A stretch of 64,000 nt of DNA from Vicugna vicugna (Eukaryota), in contig MU062839.1 of assembly GCA_013265495.1 (NCBI GenBank), positions 11,322,210-11,386,209 on the forward strand, written 5' to 3'. This document shows, in pieces, positions 50,188 through 62,745 of this stretch (the stretch's first letter is position 1; every line of letters starts with the position of its first letter). Under the pieces are notes generated by a model, which was given only the letters and a program-made list of their open reading frames with translations, was not told where the DNA came from and made no database searches. Both the position numbers and the translations under genes were made by a program.

Positions 50188-50864
50188 CCTGTTTATAAGC
50201 ACACAATAGGCAGCTTGGAGGGGGCCAAAATAGATAGTTTACGATTTCAGCATTAAGTATGACACAATCTGTGTATGAAACCAGAGAGGCAGTAGTGTGT
50301 TCCTGTCCCTGCGTCCATGCTCTGCAGCTTAAGCTTTTTATCAAAGCATTATCCAAGTGTGCACCGAATAAATGGCCTTAATTGTGCCGGGCACTTTGAG
50401 TGTGAGGAGGAATGGTTAGAGCAAAAGGAGCTCTTTGCTGGGTTTTTGGTTTTGTTTTTGTTGTTTTTTAGAAAACACTCGAAGCAACTGGCTGGGGCTC
50501 AGCCTTATTACCGTGCTGTGCTTTGGGGAGGCTTAATGTGTCCTTGCAACATCATGGAGCGCGTCCTCAGGCCTTCTACTGTCAGGGATTCCGCTGGGCT
50601 GGGGAGACAAGCAGGACCTGAAGGCCAGTGCGTCCCTTGTCGGAGGGAATCCTGTCCCCTTCACCCTAGACCCCCAGTGGTGATGCCGAGGAGATGGTCA
50701 TCCTCTGGACTTGACCCCCACTCCTGCCTCCTTTGAGTGTCCACCTGTCTTTCTCTTCCTCAAGATGAAATGATTGCCTTATTGGATTCAGGTCCAGGGA
50801 GACCCTGAGATAAAGTTACTCCCTCTACTTCAGAAAAATTAAACTCTCTGAAGTCATCCATTGT

Positions 50865-51000
50865 GTGGAAAGGACGCTGAATTAGGAGGCAAGAGATCTA
50901 GATTCTCATCTCCGTTTAGATGTGGTCTGGTTGCATCTCCTTCTCCGGCCTCCACTTTCTTCTCTATAAAATCAAGGAATTGGAGTCAAGGCTGTGGTAT
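50865..51000 (+). mobile_element. MIR relic
   Basis: ggacgctgaattaggaggcaagagatctagattctc...ctccactttcttctctataaaatcaaggaattgg. Confidence 0.65.
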
Positions 51001-51824
51001 CTTTCAAACATGAAAGTCTGAAAGCAGGTACTTACCAGCTTCATAAGAATCTTCTCCTTGAACTCAGAGTTTCTTCCTTCCTCTCTTCCCAGCCTGCATC
51101 CAAGCTGGATTCCTCGGGTTTATCCACCTGTAGTCCTCTTTCTGTTCCTGATGAGGTGGAGGTAACTCCATTCCGCCTTTTCACTGCCCCAGCTGCCACT
51201 GTTTCAGTAATTATTTTAACTTCCATGGGTTTACATTTTCTTTGTTCCTTTTCATGTTCCTAAGTTACCACTGAAACCTAACAATGAAATCCTGCATATC
51301 AAAGGTACCATAACTCCGTGGGTCAGCCTCTCTTTGGTTCCAGACACTGTGCTTGGAGGCAGGACAGGGTCCCTTTCTGTCCTATACTGCCCTTCTCAGG
51401 GTCAGCCTGTAGCCACAGCCTCTTACTGAAGTCCTGAAGTTCTTTCCCAGTTTTTTGTTTTGTTTTGTTTCTTGTTTTTTAATGATGCAGCTGAGCATGC
51501 CACAAGCTCTAGGTTTGCTCTGCGTATAAGTCTAGAATGTTCACAAGAATGAGTCAAGGAGAGCCGACTTCTAGGGGGAGCTTGAATTCAAGGGGACTCT
51601 TTCATTATTCATCTCTGCTAGTAATTAGAGGCCACTATCTGATAGATATAATTGGATCATATCACAAAAATTAAGATAAAAGACCATAAGTGTTTCACCC
51701 TTCGCCTTCCAACATTGGCTGAGCACTCCCCAGCCCGCAGGTGCTCAGCCTCCACTTGAACTTTGTTCAGCCTGTGCTAGGGCTCAGTGTACTAGAGTTC
51801 TCTTAGAAAGAATAAGCAGCACTC

Positions 51825-51845
51825 TGTGTATGTGTGTATGTGTGT

Positions 51846-51884
<39 letters not shown>

Positions 51885-51890
51885 TATGTA
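51825..51890. repeat. (TG)n/(TATG) microsatellite
   Basis: tgtgtatgtgtgtatgtgtgtacgtgtgtgtgtgtgtgtgtgtgtgtgtgtgtatgtgtgtatg. Confidence 0.95.
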
Positions 51891-52614
51891 GAAAGCGTCC
51901 CCAAAGCTTGCATGTGTAGAAAGATAGGTTTTCTGGATTTCCAAAGACAAAAACTTGGCATCAATTAGATCTTTTCCCTCAGCTGCCATTGGAGCAGCAC
52001 TTAAAAGACCTTCACGAAGAGTCCTTGACAATTTTCATCCCAGGAGATGAGAGGGAAGAGGGGAAAAGGAAAGCAGTACCTATTACCCTGATCAGCACCT
52101 CTTCAGACGTTGGAGCCCAAACCTCTATCAAATGTCAAGATGTGAAGGGATATTTAAACAAATGGAGCAACGTGCAAGACGGGGCTTTGGGGAATGGGCT
52201 CTTCCTCCACCAGCAGATGATTAGATTGGTGCCTGAACATTGTCATTGTTCCATTAAAAATGGCATGGAGAGTTAGTTAGCTACCCAGAAAACCCAGGAT
52301 TGTGTATAAATGTAGAACTTACTTGTGGGCAAAGCTGGATGAAGATAATACAAGAAATTCAAATACTTTGTCCTTCATCTTCTGCCCTGGATATGCCTTT
52401 ACTAATGATGATAAACTTTTAAAATGGCTTTTTATCCTGAGATTCTATTTGACTTTTAAGGGTAGGTTTGAGTTTCTAAATTCATCTATCGGGGTTTGAA
52501 ACTATTTCGTGAAGTGACTAGTAACAATGTAGATATAAAAAGACATGTGAAAAACATTTTTTTTAAAAAATACATAGGCCTACAGTTTGGTTTCTTTAAA
52601 AGTAACAATATTTT

Positions 52615-52618
52615 GTAT

Positions 52619-52653
<35 letters not shown>

Positions 52654-52698
52654 TATATATACACACACATGCACACACATACACATACATATATATAT
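52615..52698. repeat. (CA)n/(TA)n compound microsatellite
   Basis: tatacacacacacacacacacacatatacacacacatatatatacacacacatgcacacacatacacatacatatatat. Confidence 0.95.
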
Positions 52699-53734
52699 GA
52701 TTATTTGAGTTTATATTTTTTATATACTTATCTGTGGAGCAAAAAGTAAACAAGCACACATACATAGTCAGCTTAAGGATATGAGCATCAATACCCAGAG
52801 AAAGATGTAGGGCTTTGGTCCAAGGACTCCCTTACTAAATAAAAGCTCCTGCAGTTTGGGTGTGTTTCTTATGTGGGTCCCTGACTCCCCTGAGATCTCA
52901 TGTTTGTTTTAGGTTTACAAATATTGTTTCTTAGTGAATTTGTTCCACCTTTAAGTTTTCAGTAGAGAAGTGGCATCATAGGATGAAAATGAACCCAAGA
53001 TGGCAAATTATAGAATGTCCAAGTTGCCAAAGACCAGGACCCTGTAGACTTGGTGTCTTAACACAAGCATGAGAGGGGGCTGGGGAAATCATCTAAACAC
53101 AAATATGTCCTTGGCCTTAGTGCTTCTGCTTAGTAAGCCAACCCATAAATCATGACTGTCTAGGGTAGAAAAATGCAGCTTCGAAATGTACTTAACTTGC
53201 CTCCCATCCACTGACTTTGGCAGAAAGGAGAGTTGAGCTCAGCACTGTCATGGCTTTATGGTTCACAGACACCAGGTGCCAAATTCTTCTTTCTGTGCTT
53301 CCCACATGGAAAGCCGTTCTTCTTCCCAGCCCCATTGTTTCACCAGGAGGAGCGTAGACAAATTGGAAACTATGGCCTGAAAGTAAGGCCTTGTTTTGAG
53401 GATGTGTAGCTGGGTTTGGGGGAGCTGTGCTTGTCCTGGCTCATCTCTTTTGGGTGGAGCTGGGTTACCTGGGCGTACCGTGGGATGGGTGCATCTTAGC
53501 TCCTCCTTCTGTTATTTTTATCAGTCCAATCATGGCTTATTAGGCACATGGATAAATGCAGAGCAAGTTCAGTTAGTGACAGTTCTGCCTTTAGATGGTT
53601 CAAATTAAAGGAAAGGAAATAAAGATACAGATAACTTTTTTTCTTTTTGGTTACAGTAGGTGAGGTGGAATAAAAAATGTCACAGGGTCCCAGACTGAGG
53701 TTTCTGATCTTTTGGGTCCCTTGGATATCATAAT

Positions 53735-53815
53735 GTATATATAAACATATACTATAAATAATATATAGTGTATATACACACACACACTATTCTGTGTGTG
53801 TGTGTGTGTGCACGC
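53735..53815. repeat. (TA)/(CA)/(TG) compound microsatellite
   Basis: tatatacacacacacactattctgtgtgtgtgtgtgtgtgcacgcgc. Confidence 0.9.
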
Positions 53816-56684
53816 GCTTGTGTGCAGAGGAACCATCTGAAGAGAGACAGTGAAAGATTAGTCTTTCCTGCATGTTAGGATGATGGATAATTTTGTTCCT
53901 TCCCACTAATATTTTTTTCTCATATAAATTTCTCCAGTGAACAAGTATATTACAAATACATTGCTTGGAAAAGAAAATAATGCAGATTTAATCAAAGCAT
54001 AGTGGTCCTGGATATTTTCTGATTGTCCATCTAGGCCCATTTTCCCCCTTTTCCACTCCACTGTCTGCCCTGCAGGGCTGACCTGTTTATACTCATTAAC
54101 AAGCACCTTTAACCTGTTTTTCCCATTGGATCTGGGCCAATGGCCACAAGGGCACCATGGCAGGTTCCAGAGAGGGAGGAAGGGGAGCCTGAGTGTCGCC
54201 CAGCTCCTTCAATGTGTAGCCTCTTTTGACTAAGGGTCACAGTTCTTGCCAGATGCCCTCTCCACCCTCTTAACTCTCCTCCCCCGGTCCTTCTGACCTC
54301 TCCTCTCCCCTGAGTCCGTAGCCTCTCCTGTCTCTCCTGACAGGAAGCCCAGGGATGCTAACAGCATCCTCGGAAACTGGCCCCAGGGTACTACACTATG
54401 GCTTGTGCTTCGCTGCCCTCTGCCCATGACTTCGCAACTCATTCCTTTATTCATCACTCCTCAAATTACCCACTTTGAGCATGCCGTCTGTTTCCTGCTG
54501 GGACCCCAAGTGATACAATAGCCAAACTCTCTAATTGAAATTGTGCATTTATCTGTAGTAAATCTGCCAGATGAACCAGAGCATCAATTTCCTTCTGTTT
54601 GACTAGAATTTTATCAACATTGGGAAACGGTAGGTCTGATGGTACAATGGAGTGAAATGAGATTTTAGAAACTAAGTGATGTGAAAGCTTCAGAAGACAA
54701 GTAGTGGTATAGAAAAATGAATTCATAACTTTTAAGGAAGTATTTTGAAAACATGAAATCCAAGGGAGGAAAAATCATAAAAAAAGATCCTTGAGGGCCA
54801 AAAAAAAAATAGAGCCATTGGATATTTTGTGTATTTTTCTTTTCTTGAATTCTTATCTTAAGAGTAAGGATCAGAGATGATATGTGGTGCTTTTGGGTAG
54901 AAATGAGTGAAGAAGGAATGGATGTTATGAATGGGAACAGATGGATTAAGGAAGGGAAATACAGACTCAAGGGGCAGAGTCCTAGTAGCAAATGGAGTGG
55001 CCAGGCCTCAGACACAGTCCTTGCTGAGAGGTGACATCCCAGCAAACGTTTGGAAGAGGGGAGGGGGTGAGCCGAGAGAACAATGTGAAGAAGCCTTCCA
55101 GCCTGTGGGAGCAGTGGCGCCAAGGCTCCTGTGTCAGCAGGGCCTGGAGCAGAGTGAATAGGTTGGTGGGGTGAGGGAAAGAAGCACACTGTGATAGGTG
55201 ATACCGTGCAGGTTTGGGGATGTACCTTGCAGGCATTATAAACATGGAAACCATCTCATTGACCCCCGTTGCACTTTCCTGGACACCTAAGGATCCAGGG
55301 AACCCAAGTTACTGCTAGGAAAATTTTTTTTAATTGTCTATTAATATTCAGACAGGATTTCCAGAAGCTGCTTTGGGGACTGTCATGGCCAGTGCCCCTC
55401 TGCTGCACAAGTCCTGTGTGGTTCGCTCTGGTGAAGAGAAAAATGTTATCTCTTTCTATTAGTAATTCATCAAATAAAACAGACCGAATCTCTCACCAAG
55501 TTTCTCGGTTGCATTCTGTCATTTGCTTGTTGCTCTAAGATTTAAACACCGGTAGCAATGATTCAGTTTCCTTGGGAGCAGTGGCGAGTCAAGAGTACTT
55601 GTCCGACAGCCACGTCCTAGGATGAAAATATGCTGCTGAATTAATATCGATCTTTAGAACAGCCTGGCAGTCACTTCTATTTGCGGAGTACTAAACAATT
55701 TACAAAGCGAGGCCATTCACAGACAGCCACCTGACGGGTTCCACCAGCGTGAAATGAAGTGTGAGCCTCTTCATTCTCTTCTGTTTCGGAGGAGGAAGTC
55801 CATCTTGTCGCACATTTTCCTTCCCACTGAAGATCACGTTTCTATTTTATGTTCAGCGCATAATGTTGCCAGAGATTCAGGAATGCAGGTGCCCAACCAG
55901 CGCTCCAGGCAGGGGAGTTTTCCAGCAAACTCATTTCAGTGGGCCAGCCCTACCTTCCAGCTCCCCTGGCCAGGAGAGAAGCGCCGAGGAGAGGCAGGGA
56001 AAGTCTCTCCTCACACCTGTAGTGTATCATTAGCAGCTTGCAAGAGAGTGCTGTGTTTATATTTCTGGTCCTTAAGTAAGTATTTGGCTTTCTTTGAAAT
56101 GCTGGAGAAATAGACCTTCAGCATCCCAGTGGTAGTTTTATATGTGCTCTTAGTTTTTAGTAATTTTACATTTTCTGGTAAGGAAGGGAGAGCAGTTTGT
56201 GTAGTAATTCTACACAAGTGGGCCGTTTACCTCTTCCACAGCTCTGCCAGGTGCTCTGTGTGACTTCCCAGCACTTCCCTGTGTGCTCAGCGCTGCTTTC
56301 ATGATGTTAAAGCCCCTTTCCTCCTCCCGCCACGCAGAGGGGCAAGCCTGGGGATGCTATGGGTGCCGCCTACTTACCTTTCCTGTACTTGCCTCAGGAC
56401 CCCAGTAACTTTCTTTTTTCTAATCAGTTTGCTTTGGCTTTTCCTGTCTGTTTTCCAGTTGTCTGTCTTGACTGACTTCAACCAGGGTGCTCTGGTTCAA
56501 GTTGACCAGGCACATGGCCATTTGAGGCAACTGTTGAGTTGTGTGTCCTGGCCTCTATGTATTGATGGGACTTACAATGCGAACTCAAACCAGCAAACAT
56601 TATCTCTTCGTATCTTAGGCTTCAGACGACTTAGACAAGAGGAAATTGTAAATGGGTTGCTCCTTATTCCCATATCATCACCTG

Positions 56685-58260
56685 AGAAACTGAAATTAAT
56701 GAATCCATTCAGTCATTGTCATCTAGTTCTGTGCCAGGGATGGAGCTAGGTGCTAGCGAAATAAGAGGAAACAAGACAGGCACCGTCTCTGCCTTCCTGG
56801 AACTTGTAATATGGTGAACAGGAAACAGGAAGCTAGGGGGAGATCAGGATAGGAAGTGATAAAGCTCTGGAGCTCGTGGGATAGCGAAGAAAAGAGAGCC
56901 GTGGGAATCATTCTGGAGGCAGAATCAACAGGCTGAAGAAGTTAAGCAAGATCATGTGCTTAATGGTGGATCAGATGGAAACCCAGACCTGTCAACTAGC
57001 CCCGTGCCCTCCAGACCATGGTCTCATCAGCTCTAGGTGATGTGTCTTTCCCTCTTTCTGTGTGTGTAAAGGTATTTTTCAGATTCATTTGTTTTTCATC
57101 CCCTTCTTTTCCTAGTTTTCCATATTCCCTTTAAATTGTAGGTTCTCTTAGAGAGTGTTTCCTTTTTCTGTTTTCTCTTCCCACAACATTAGTTACACTT
57201 ACTATGTATTCACTCAGCAAACATCTATGTGATAGGTGACAGGCACTATATTACACCCTGATATGAAATCAGACCCTGTCCATGGCACCAAAGTTTTCAG
57301 AGCTAGAAGGGGAAAACTGACCACAAGTATAGAAGTAAATGTACCAGTGTGTTATAGGAGCTTTGAAAGAAATAGGTATGGGGTAAAATGTTTGACAAAG
57401 GACTGGTTAATTGATTATAATATGAACTGAAAACAATAATGCTCACAATTGTACAGTGTGATGTGCTATAAAGGAAAGGATCGGGGGTGCTGAGGAAGAA
57501 AATAACTGGGGGAGATATTTTAGTTAGGGAGGTAGTGTTAACATTGGTAGTAATCATGATGATAATAGTGACAATTATAACAATGGCTAGTAAGATGTAT
57601 TGGACATTTAAGGTGTTCAGTATTACACCCAGCTCTGTAGTTATCTTCCCTAACTTAATTTTTATAAAAATCTCACAACATAGATTTGTTCCTATGTAAT
57701 GAATAAGAAAACTGAAGCAGAGAGAAGCTGTAAACTTGCTCAAGGTCACACATCATTCATTTATTCACTGAATAATTTAATTTATTGCATATCTACAAAG
57801 TATATGACACTGGCTGTTCTCAGACCAATATAGAATATTCCTTCCTCTAAGTTTTCTGGAGGAAGCATTCGTGGAAATAAGTCAGGCTTTAATGGAGGTG
57901 TGGACAAGGCACCGTGGGAGAGCAGAGCAGGGAACAACTAATGGGGCCAGAAGGAGTCGGGGGAGGTTCCTTGGAGGAAGGAGCATCGGAGCTTGGTCTT
58001 GACGAGTGAATTGCCTGCAGAGAGGAAGTATTGTGTGTAAAGATGAAAAAGAGATGTGAAATGGTGTGGGATAGTTGAAAAGCACTGAAGTCTGTGTGTG
58101 AATGGTAGGAGCGGGGATGGGGAGGATGGGTTACCAGGAAGTGATGTGGGACAGATGGATTGGGACCAGATAGTAAAAGGCTAAAGTCAACACGAAGGTA
58201 CACGTAGGAGGTACTGGCAGAAGTGTTTAAGTAGGCTGATGCCATGACGGATTGCACAGC
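56685..58260 (-). mobile_element. Cluster of antisense L2 and MIR relics
   Basis: L2 3'-end text (gaatccattcagtcattgtc..., cattcatttattcactgaataatt..., ggaccagatagtaaaagg) with MIR pieces at about 56920-57010 and 57530-57750. Confidence 0.7.
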
Positions 58261-59404
58261 TTTCTGAAAGAAGAGTCTTGAGAAATGAGGAACCTTACTG
58301 GTGAGCAGTCTGTACAGTATCATTTTTCATGGCGTTAGACGAGTTTCTGACTTCCAGGATGTCTGTAGATACAGCAACCCTAGAAATTTGCTCAACTATA
58401 ATTCTCGGAACCTGAATGAAGTACTAGTGTCATTTCATTCCTTTTAACCTGTATGATTTTATTTAGCAGAAGCAACCAAGACAGTAACTGGGGAGATGAG
58501 AGCAGAGACGCGGATAGTCCAGGGCACTGAGCATCTGAACAGGAAGGAGCAGAATCTTTGGGAGACACCCGAAAACTGCTTCTCACAGTCAAGGGTGGCA
58601 CCTGAGAAGACATTTACTGTCCTGAGCGTTTTACTACAGCATTAAATGAATAGCTATAAAATGCTTACAGGAATGGTTCAGGGCTCCCTTGCCTCAAACC
58701 CAGTATTAGAAAGGATGACAGAGGTCTGGGATTGGAGGACAGTGTAGACAAATCTGATGGATCTTTCTGCTTCATATCCTGCAGGCTGATGTCTAGAGCC
58801 CCACTGGAGGGCGGGCTGGGGGGCTGCCTACTTCCTGGAAATGGGCAAGTGGGCTACGGCCACTGAGGGTTACGTCAGTGTGCGAGCTGCCTTTCTACCC
58901 ATTGCAAAGTAAGTTGCCTTAGAAATTGAGCTTGACCCAAACATCAGAGAAACAATCTCTTTCTCAGGCTTTCCCTGAGCTCCTGGAACTCATGAGGAAG
59001 GTACACTAACATGAAGGAATGAGCTAGTGTCGGTTGTTTGTTTTGGTAGTTTGATAAAAGTATAGTTCAGCACTTTTTGAACTACAGCTTCCCCTCCCTA
59101 AACCTAATCTGCACTGTTCATTGTAAATCAGTTGAGAAATGCCTGTGCAGGCAACATGCCCTTAAGACAAGGTTGCTCACTAATCAATCACTTTGAAATG
59201 AATAAGTGATGTATTCCCAGGCTTTTCTAGGTGTGAAGACGGTGGTGATGACATTGATCCAAGTTAGTGGTATGACAGCTAGACTGTAATTCTCGAGATC
59301 ACATACCAGCATCAGTTAATAACTTCTTCCAACGTCCATAGGAAGGATATCAGGTGCACTTTATTTTTTGCCATGTCAGTTTCTGCTGGAAAATATTTTT
59401 ACAG

Positions 59405-59650
59405 GGAGACTATGCAGGCAGTACCGCTTAGTCAGTAACAGCCTGGATTCTGAAGCCAAGCTGCCTAGCTCTCAGCATCTCCACTTCTTTGTTGTGTGAC
59501 TTTAAGCGAGTCTCTTAACTTTTCTGTGCCTCAGTTTCCTCATCTGTAATGTGATAATAACTGTACCAAGCTCCTAAACTGATGATAAGGATTAAGTGAG
59601 TTTTCTGACATCTGGTCATGTTATGTAAGTGTTAGCCACTATTTATATTT
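59405..59650 (+). mobile_element. MIR, near full length
   Basis: cagcctggattctgaagccaagctgcc...tcttaacttttctgtgcctcagtttcctcatctgtaatg...taagtgttagccactatt. Confidence 0.9.
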
Positions 59651-61181
59651 CTATTAACCTCAGTCATAAGGAGTAGCCACCCAGAATGAACCATTACTCT
59701 CTGAGCGTCACATTCTGAACTTTACTAAAAGGAAAGAAGTACACATTTGTAGTCAGGCACCGTGATGGAGCATCTGTTATCTCATGTGTAACTCAATGCA
59801 ATCCAGTCCACTAGATGATGGTCTCTGTTTTAACATGCCCCATATGATACAGGGCAGTAGTGAACTTGAGCCTGATTCCAGTTCTCATGTTTTCTTTCTG
59901 TACTTTTGTTCCTCTTAGAATTCTCCAGGGATAAGTAGCAAACTCTGAAAAAGCAGAATTTAAATGTGCTGGAGTTTTCACAGTGCTCTGTGCTGTCCTC
60001 TCCCTCCCTCTCCTGCAGAGCTTGCCTGAGATGGTTTCTTATCTTATGTGGTCCACATGGACTGTGTGACTATGCTAAGGAGAACACTGTGGAGAGAGAG
60101 GCAGCCTGCATGGCCCCTGGTCTCCCCCACCACCCTACCCGGTCTCCTCTAATACCTCACCATCTCCTCTGTCGTGGAGAAGCCCACCCTCTCAATAGGA
60201 TTCAAAAGACTCGTACTATTCCAGCTCCCGAGAGCACCAGAAAGGAGGAGTCAATACCCTCTAGAATCTTTCCTCCACCCCCAGAGAGCCTAGTATCTTC
60301 CAGAAGGTTCAAGCCTTTGTTATTCTGTGAAAGTCTCAGACATCTTTTGGATGCGGTTCATGGATGTTTACATCTGGGAAGCTCTGAAAGTCTTCATAAC
60401 TGCCCGGGCATCATTAAGATGCAGACAATTCTCAGATTGCACAAGTCAACTTGTAAACGCATGTCGGGATGACCCTGGCTCTTTATAGAGAAACTTATAA
60501 AGTCTCCACACCTTGGCAGTTGGAAAGAATATAGATTTGAAGATAACATTTTGGGACTTTATGGGAATCAACATCATTTTGCCTGTATGCTCTAACCTTC
60601 ACTTTCATTTGTGGTCCACTTCCCTTCATCCTTCATTACCACACCCTGAAATTATAGTTATTTGTAAGAGCATGGACTTATAGTCATATACATCAGGTTG
60701 TTTTTTTGCATATTGTATTCCAAGCCCATGCATGCAGAAGGACAATTACCACTCTACCTCAAGCTCACTGACTATGCAATCAAGACTCATTATTACCTTG
60801 GTTCTCATCCCATTCACACCCTGTATGTCTCAGAACAACAATGAATGGAGAGCACAGTATATTGCAAGACATGAAGGGAAGAAGAAGGCCAAGGACATGT
60901 GGAGAAATTTCAACCAAAGGGGGGAAATTTTAGGTGAAGTTGGTTTGTCTGTGGAGTTTTCATCTTCGATGTTTGAGAAATTTTACTTTTTTGTTAGATC
61001 TATTTCTTGAATCATGATCCCTTGGATCTGGTGGAAAGCTATAATTTTCAGAAGGCTCATTTCTGCAAAAGCTTATGGTTATGGAGAAAAATCAATGTTT
61101 GTAGGCCCATGAATCAGAGTCTAAAAAGCCTGTTTGGATATTTAGTATCTCATAAAATGTAACATAGAAAGAGAGTTGTGT

Positions 61182-61287
61182 GGGTGGGGATGTAGCTCAG
61201 TGGTAGAGCATACACTTGGTGTGCATGAGGTCCTGAGTTCAATCCCTCATGCCTTTGTTAAGGGTAAGAAGAAATAAAGAATTTTTT
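61182..61287 (+). mobile_element. Camelid Vic-1-type tRNA-derived SINE
   Basis: gggtggggatgtagctcagtggtagagcatacacttggtgtgcatgaggtcctgagttcaatccctcatgcc with tail aagaagaaataaagaa. Confidence 0.87.
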
Positions 61288-61503
61288 NNNNNNNNNNNNN
61301 NNNNNNNNNNNNNNNNNNNNNNNNNNNNNNNNNNNNNNNNNNNNNNNNNNNNNNNNNNNNNNNNNNNNNNNNNNNNNNNNNNNNNNNNNNNNNNNNNNNN
61401 NNNNNNNNNNNNNNNNNNNNNNNNNNNNNNNNNNNNNNNNNNNNNNNNNNNNNNNNNNNNNNNNNNNNNNNNNNNNNNNNNNNNNNNNNNNNNNNNNNNN
61501 NNN
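61288..61503. other. Assembly gap (N run)
   Basis: Continuous Ns directly after the SINE tail. Confidence 0.99.
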
Positions 61504-61744
61504 AGTATCAGAGTGGGAAAAGATCATGGAGTCTGTGTGGTCCAATTCTCTTCTTTTAGTGATGAGGCTGTGAAGCCGAGGGAAGCTGAATGATTTATGC
61601 AGGTTACATGACTGCAAGCAGGGGTAGAGAGACTGGAGTACAAGAGACCTGCTAACTCCTAAGCCAGTATATTTTTAACGTTATCACACATTACTAATCA
61701 CTTGGAAGTGTTTGAGCCAAAGTATGAACCATGTATTACAAATG

Positions 61745-62745
61745 AGAGAATCTTAGCAGTAGAGGAGACCTCTGAGGTCATCCAGTTCCATCTCCCTCCT
61801 GATGCACTAATCCTTTTGGTGACATCCTCATCAGATGGCCACTAGTCCCTACTGGCTTAAATCCAATGTTAGGAAGCTCGGTACTTTATAATAAAGGCAA
61901 CTTGTTTTGTCTTTGGATATCCCTCCATATTGGTAAATTTATGTCAACGGAAGGTCAAATTTCTATTTTTAAAGCATCAGTCCAGAAGGAGTGAGTGTGG
62001 CCAGAGGTGAATGGAATGGTATTAATGATGGTGTGGGGTTTCACTCTTTCTCGTCTTAAAATTAGGACAATAATGCCTACCTTGTCCAGTCATTATGAGG
62101 ACTAGAGGTGCAGTTTATAAAACATCTACCATGATGGCTGCTTCAAAAGGTACTCAAGTTGTAGTTATTGTTGGCTTTTATCATTATGATCCCATTTTTT
62201 GAAATTATGCCTTCTGGAGCAACATAGACTATGTCTAATCCCACAAATATTTGAAATCAGTTAGCATGACCTCTAAGTCTCCCTCTCTTTAGACTAAATA
62301 TTCCCTGGTTCTTCTACCGTTCTTCCTGTGATGCATTTTGGATGCCCCCATTGCTTTCATTCCCTCCTATTTGTCAGTTTCCGCCTTAAAACGTAGTGGC
62401 CAAATGTGGTCAGTCTGATGAGCTTGACAGTGGAATAATTACTTCCCTTAATCTGGACATTGCACTTCTCCTACAACAACCTAGATTTATGTTAGCATTT
62501 TTGGAGGCCACATCACACAGTTGGCTCAAGTAAAACCTGATTCTACTATCCAGAATGTTAGCGCTGCCTCCCAACATGGTGTCAACCACAGATTTGACAA
62601 GCATGATTTTTGCATCTTCATCCAAGCTGTGGATAAAAACGTTGAATAAAAAAGGCCAAAGGCTGAGCCACTCCAGGAACACCTCCAGTCTTTCCCTGCT
62701 CATTGACACCATCCACTGGTTTGGTGACATTGTTTCACCAGCTCA
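61745..62745 (-). mobile_element. L3/CR1 LINE relic (RT C-terminal part and 3' end), interrupted by a MIR at about 62025-62185
   Basis: ORF 62410-62730(-) aligns to CR1 RT: LWPFLFNVFIHSLDEDAKIMLVKSVVDTMLGGSANILDSRIR and CDVASKNANINLGCCRRSAMSRLREVIIPL. L3-type 3' end gagaatcttagcagtagaggagacctctgaggtcatccagt. Confidence 0.85.

Noticed and set aside
59966-60472. 168-aa ORF (and the similar 174-aa ORF at 54665-55189 on the minus strand)
   Set aside because: Non-ATG start or no recognisable homology, no exon signals; consistent with chance ORFs.
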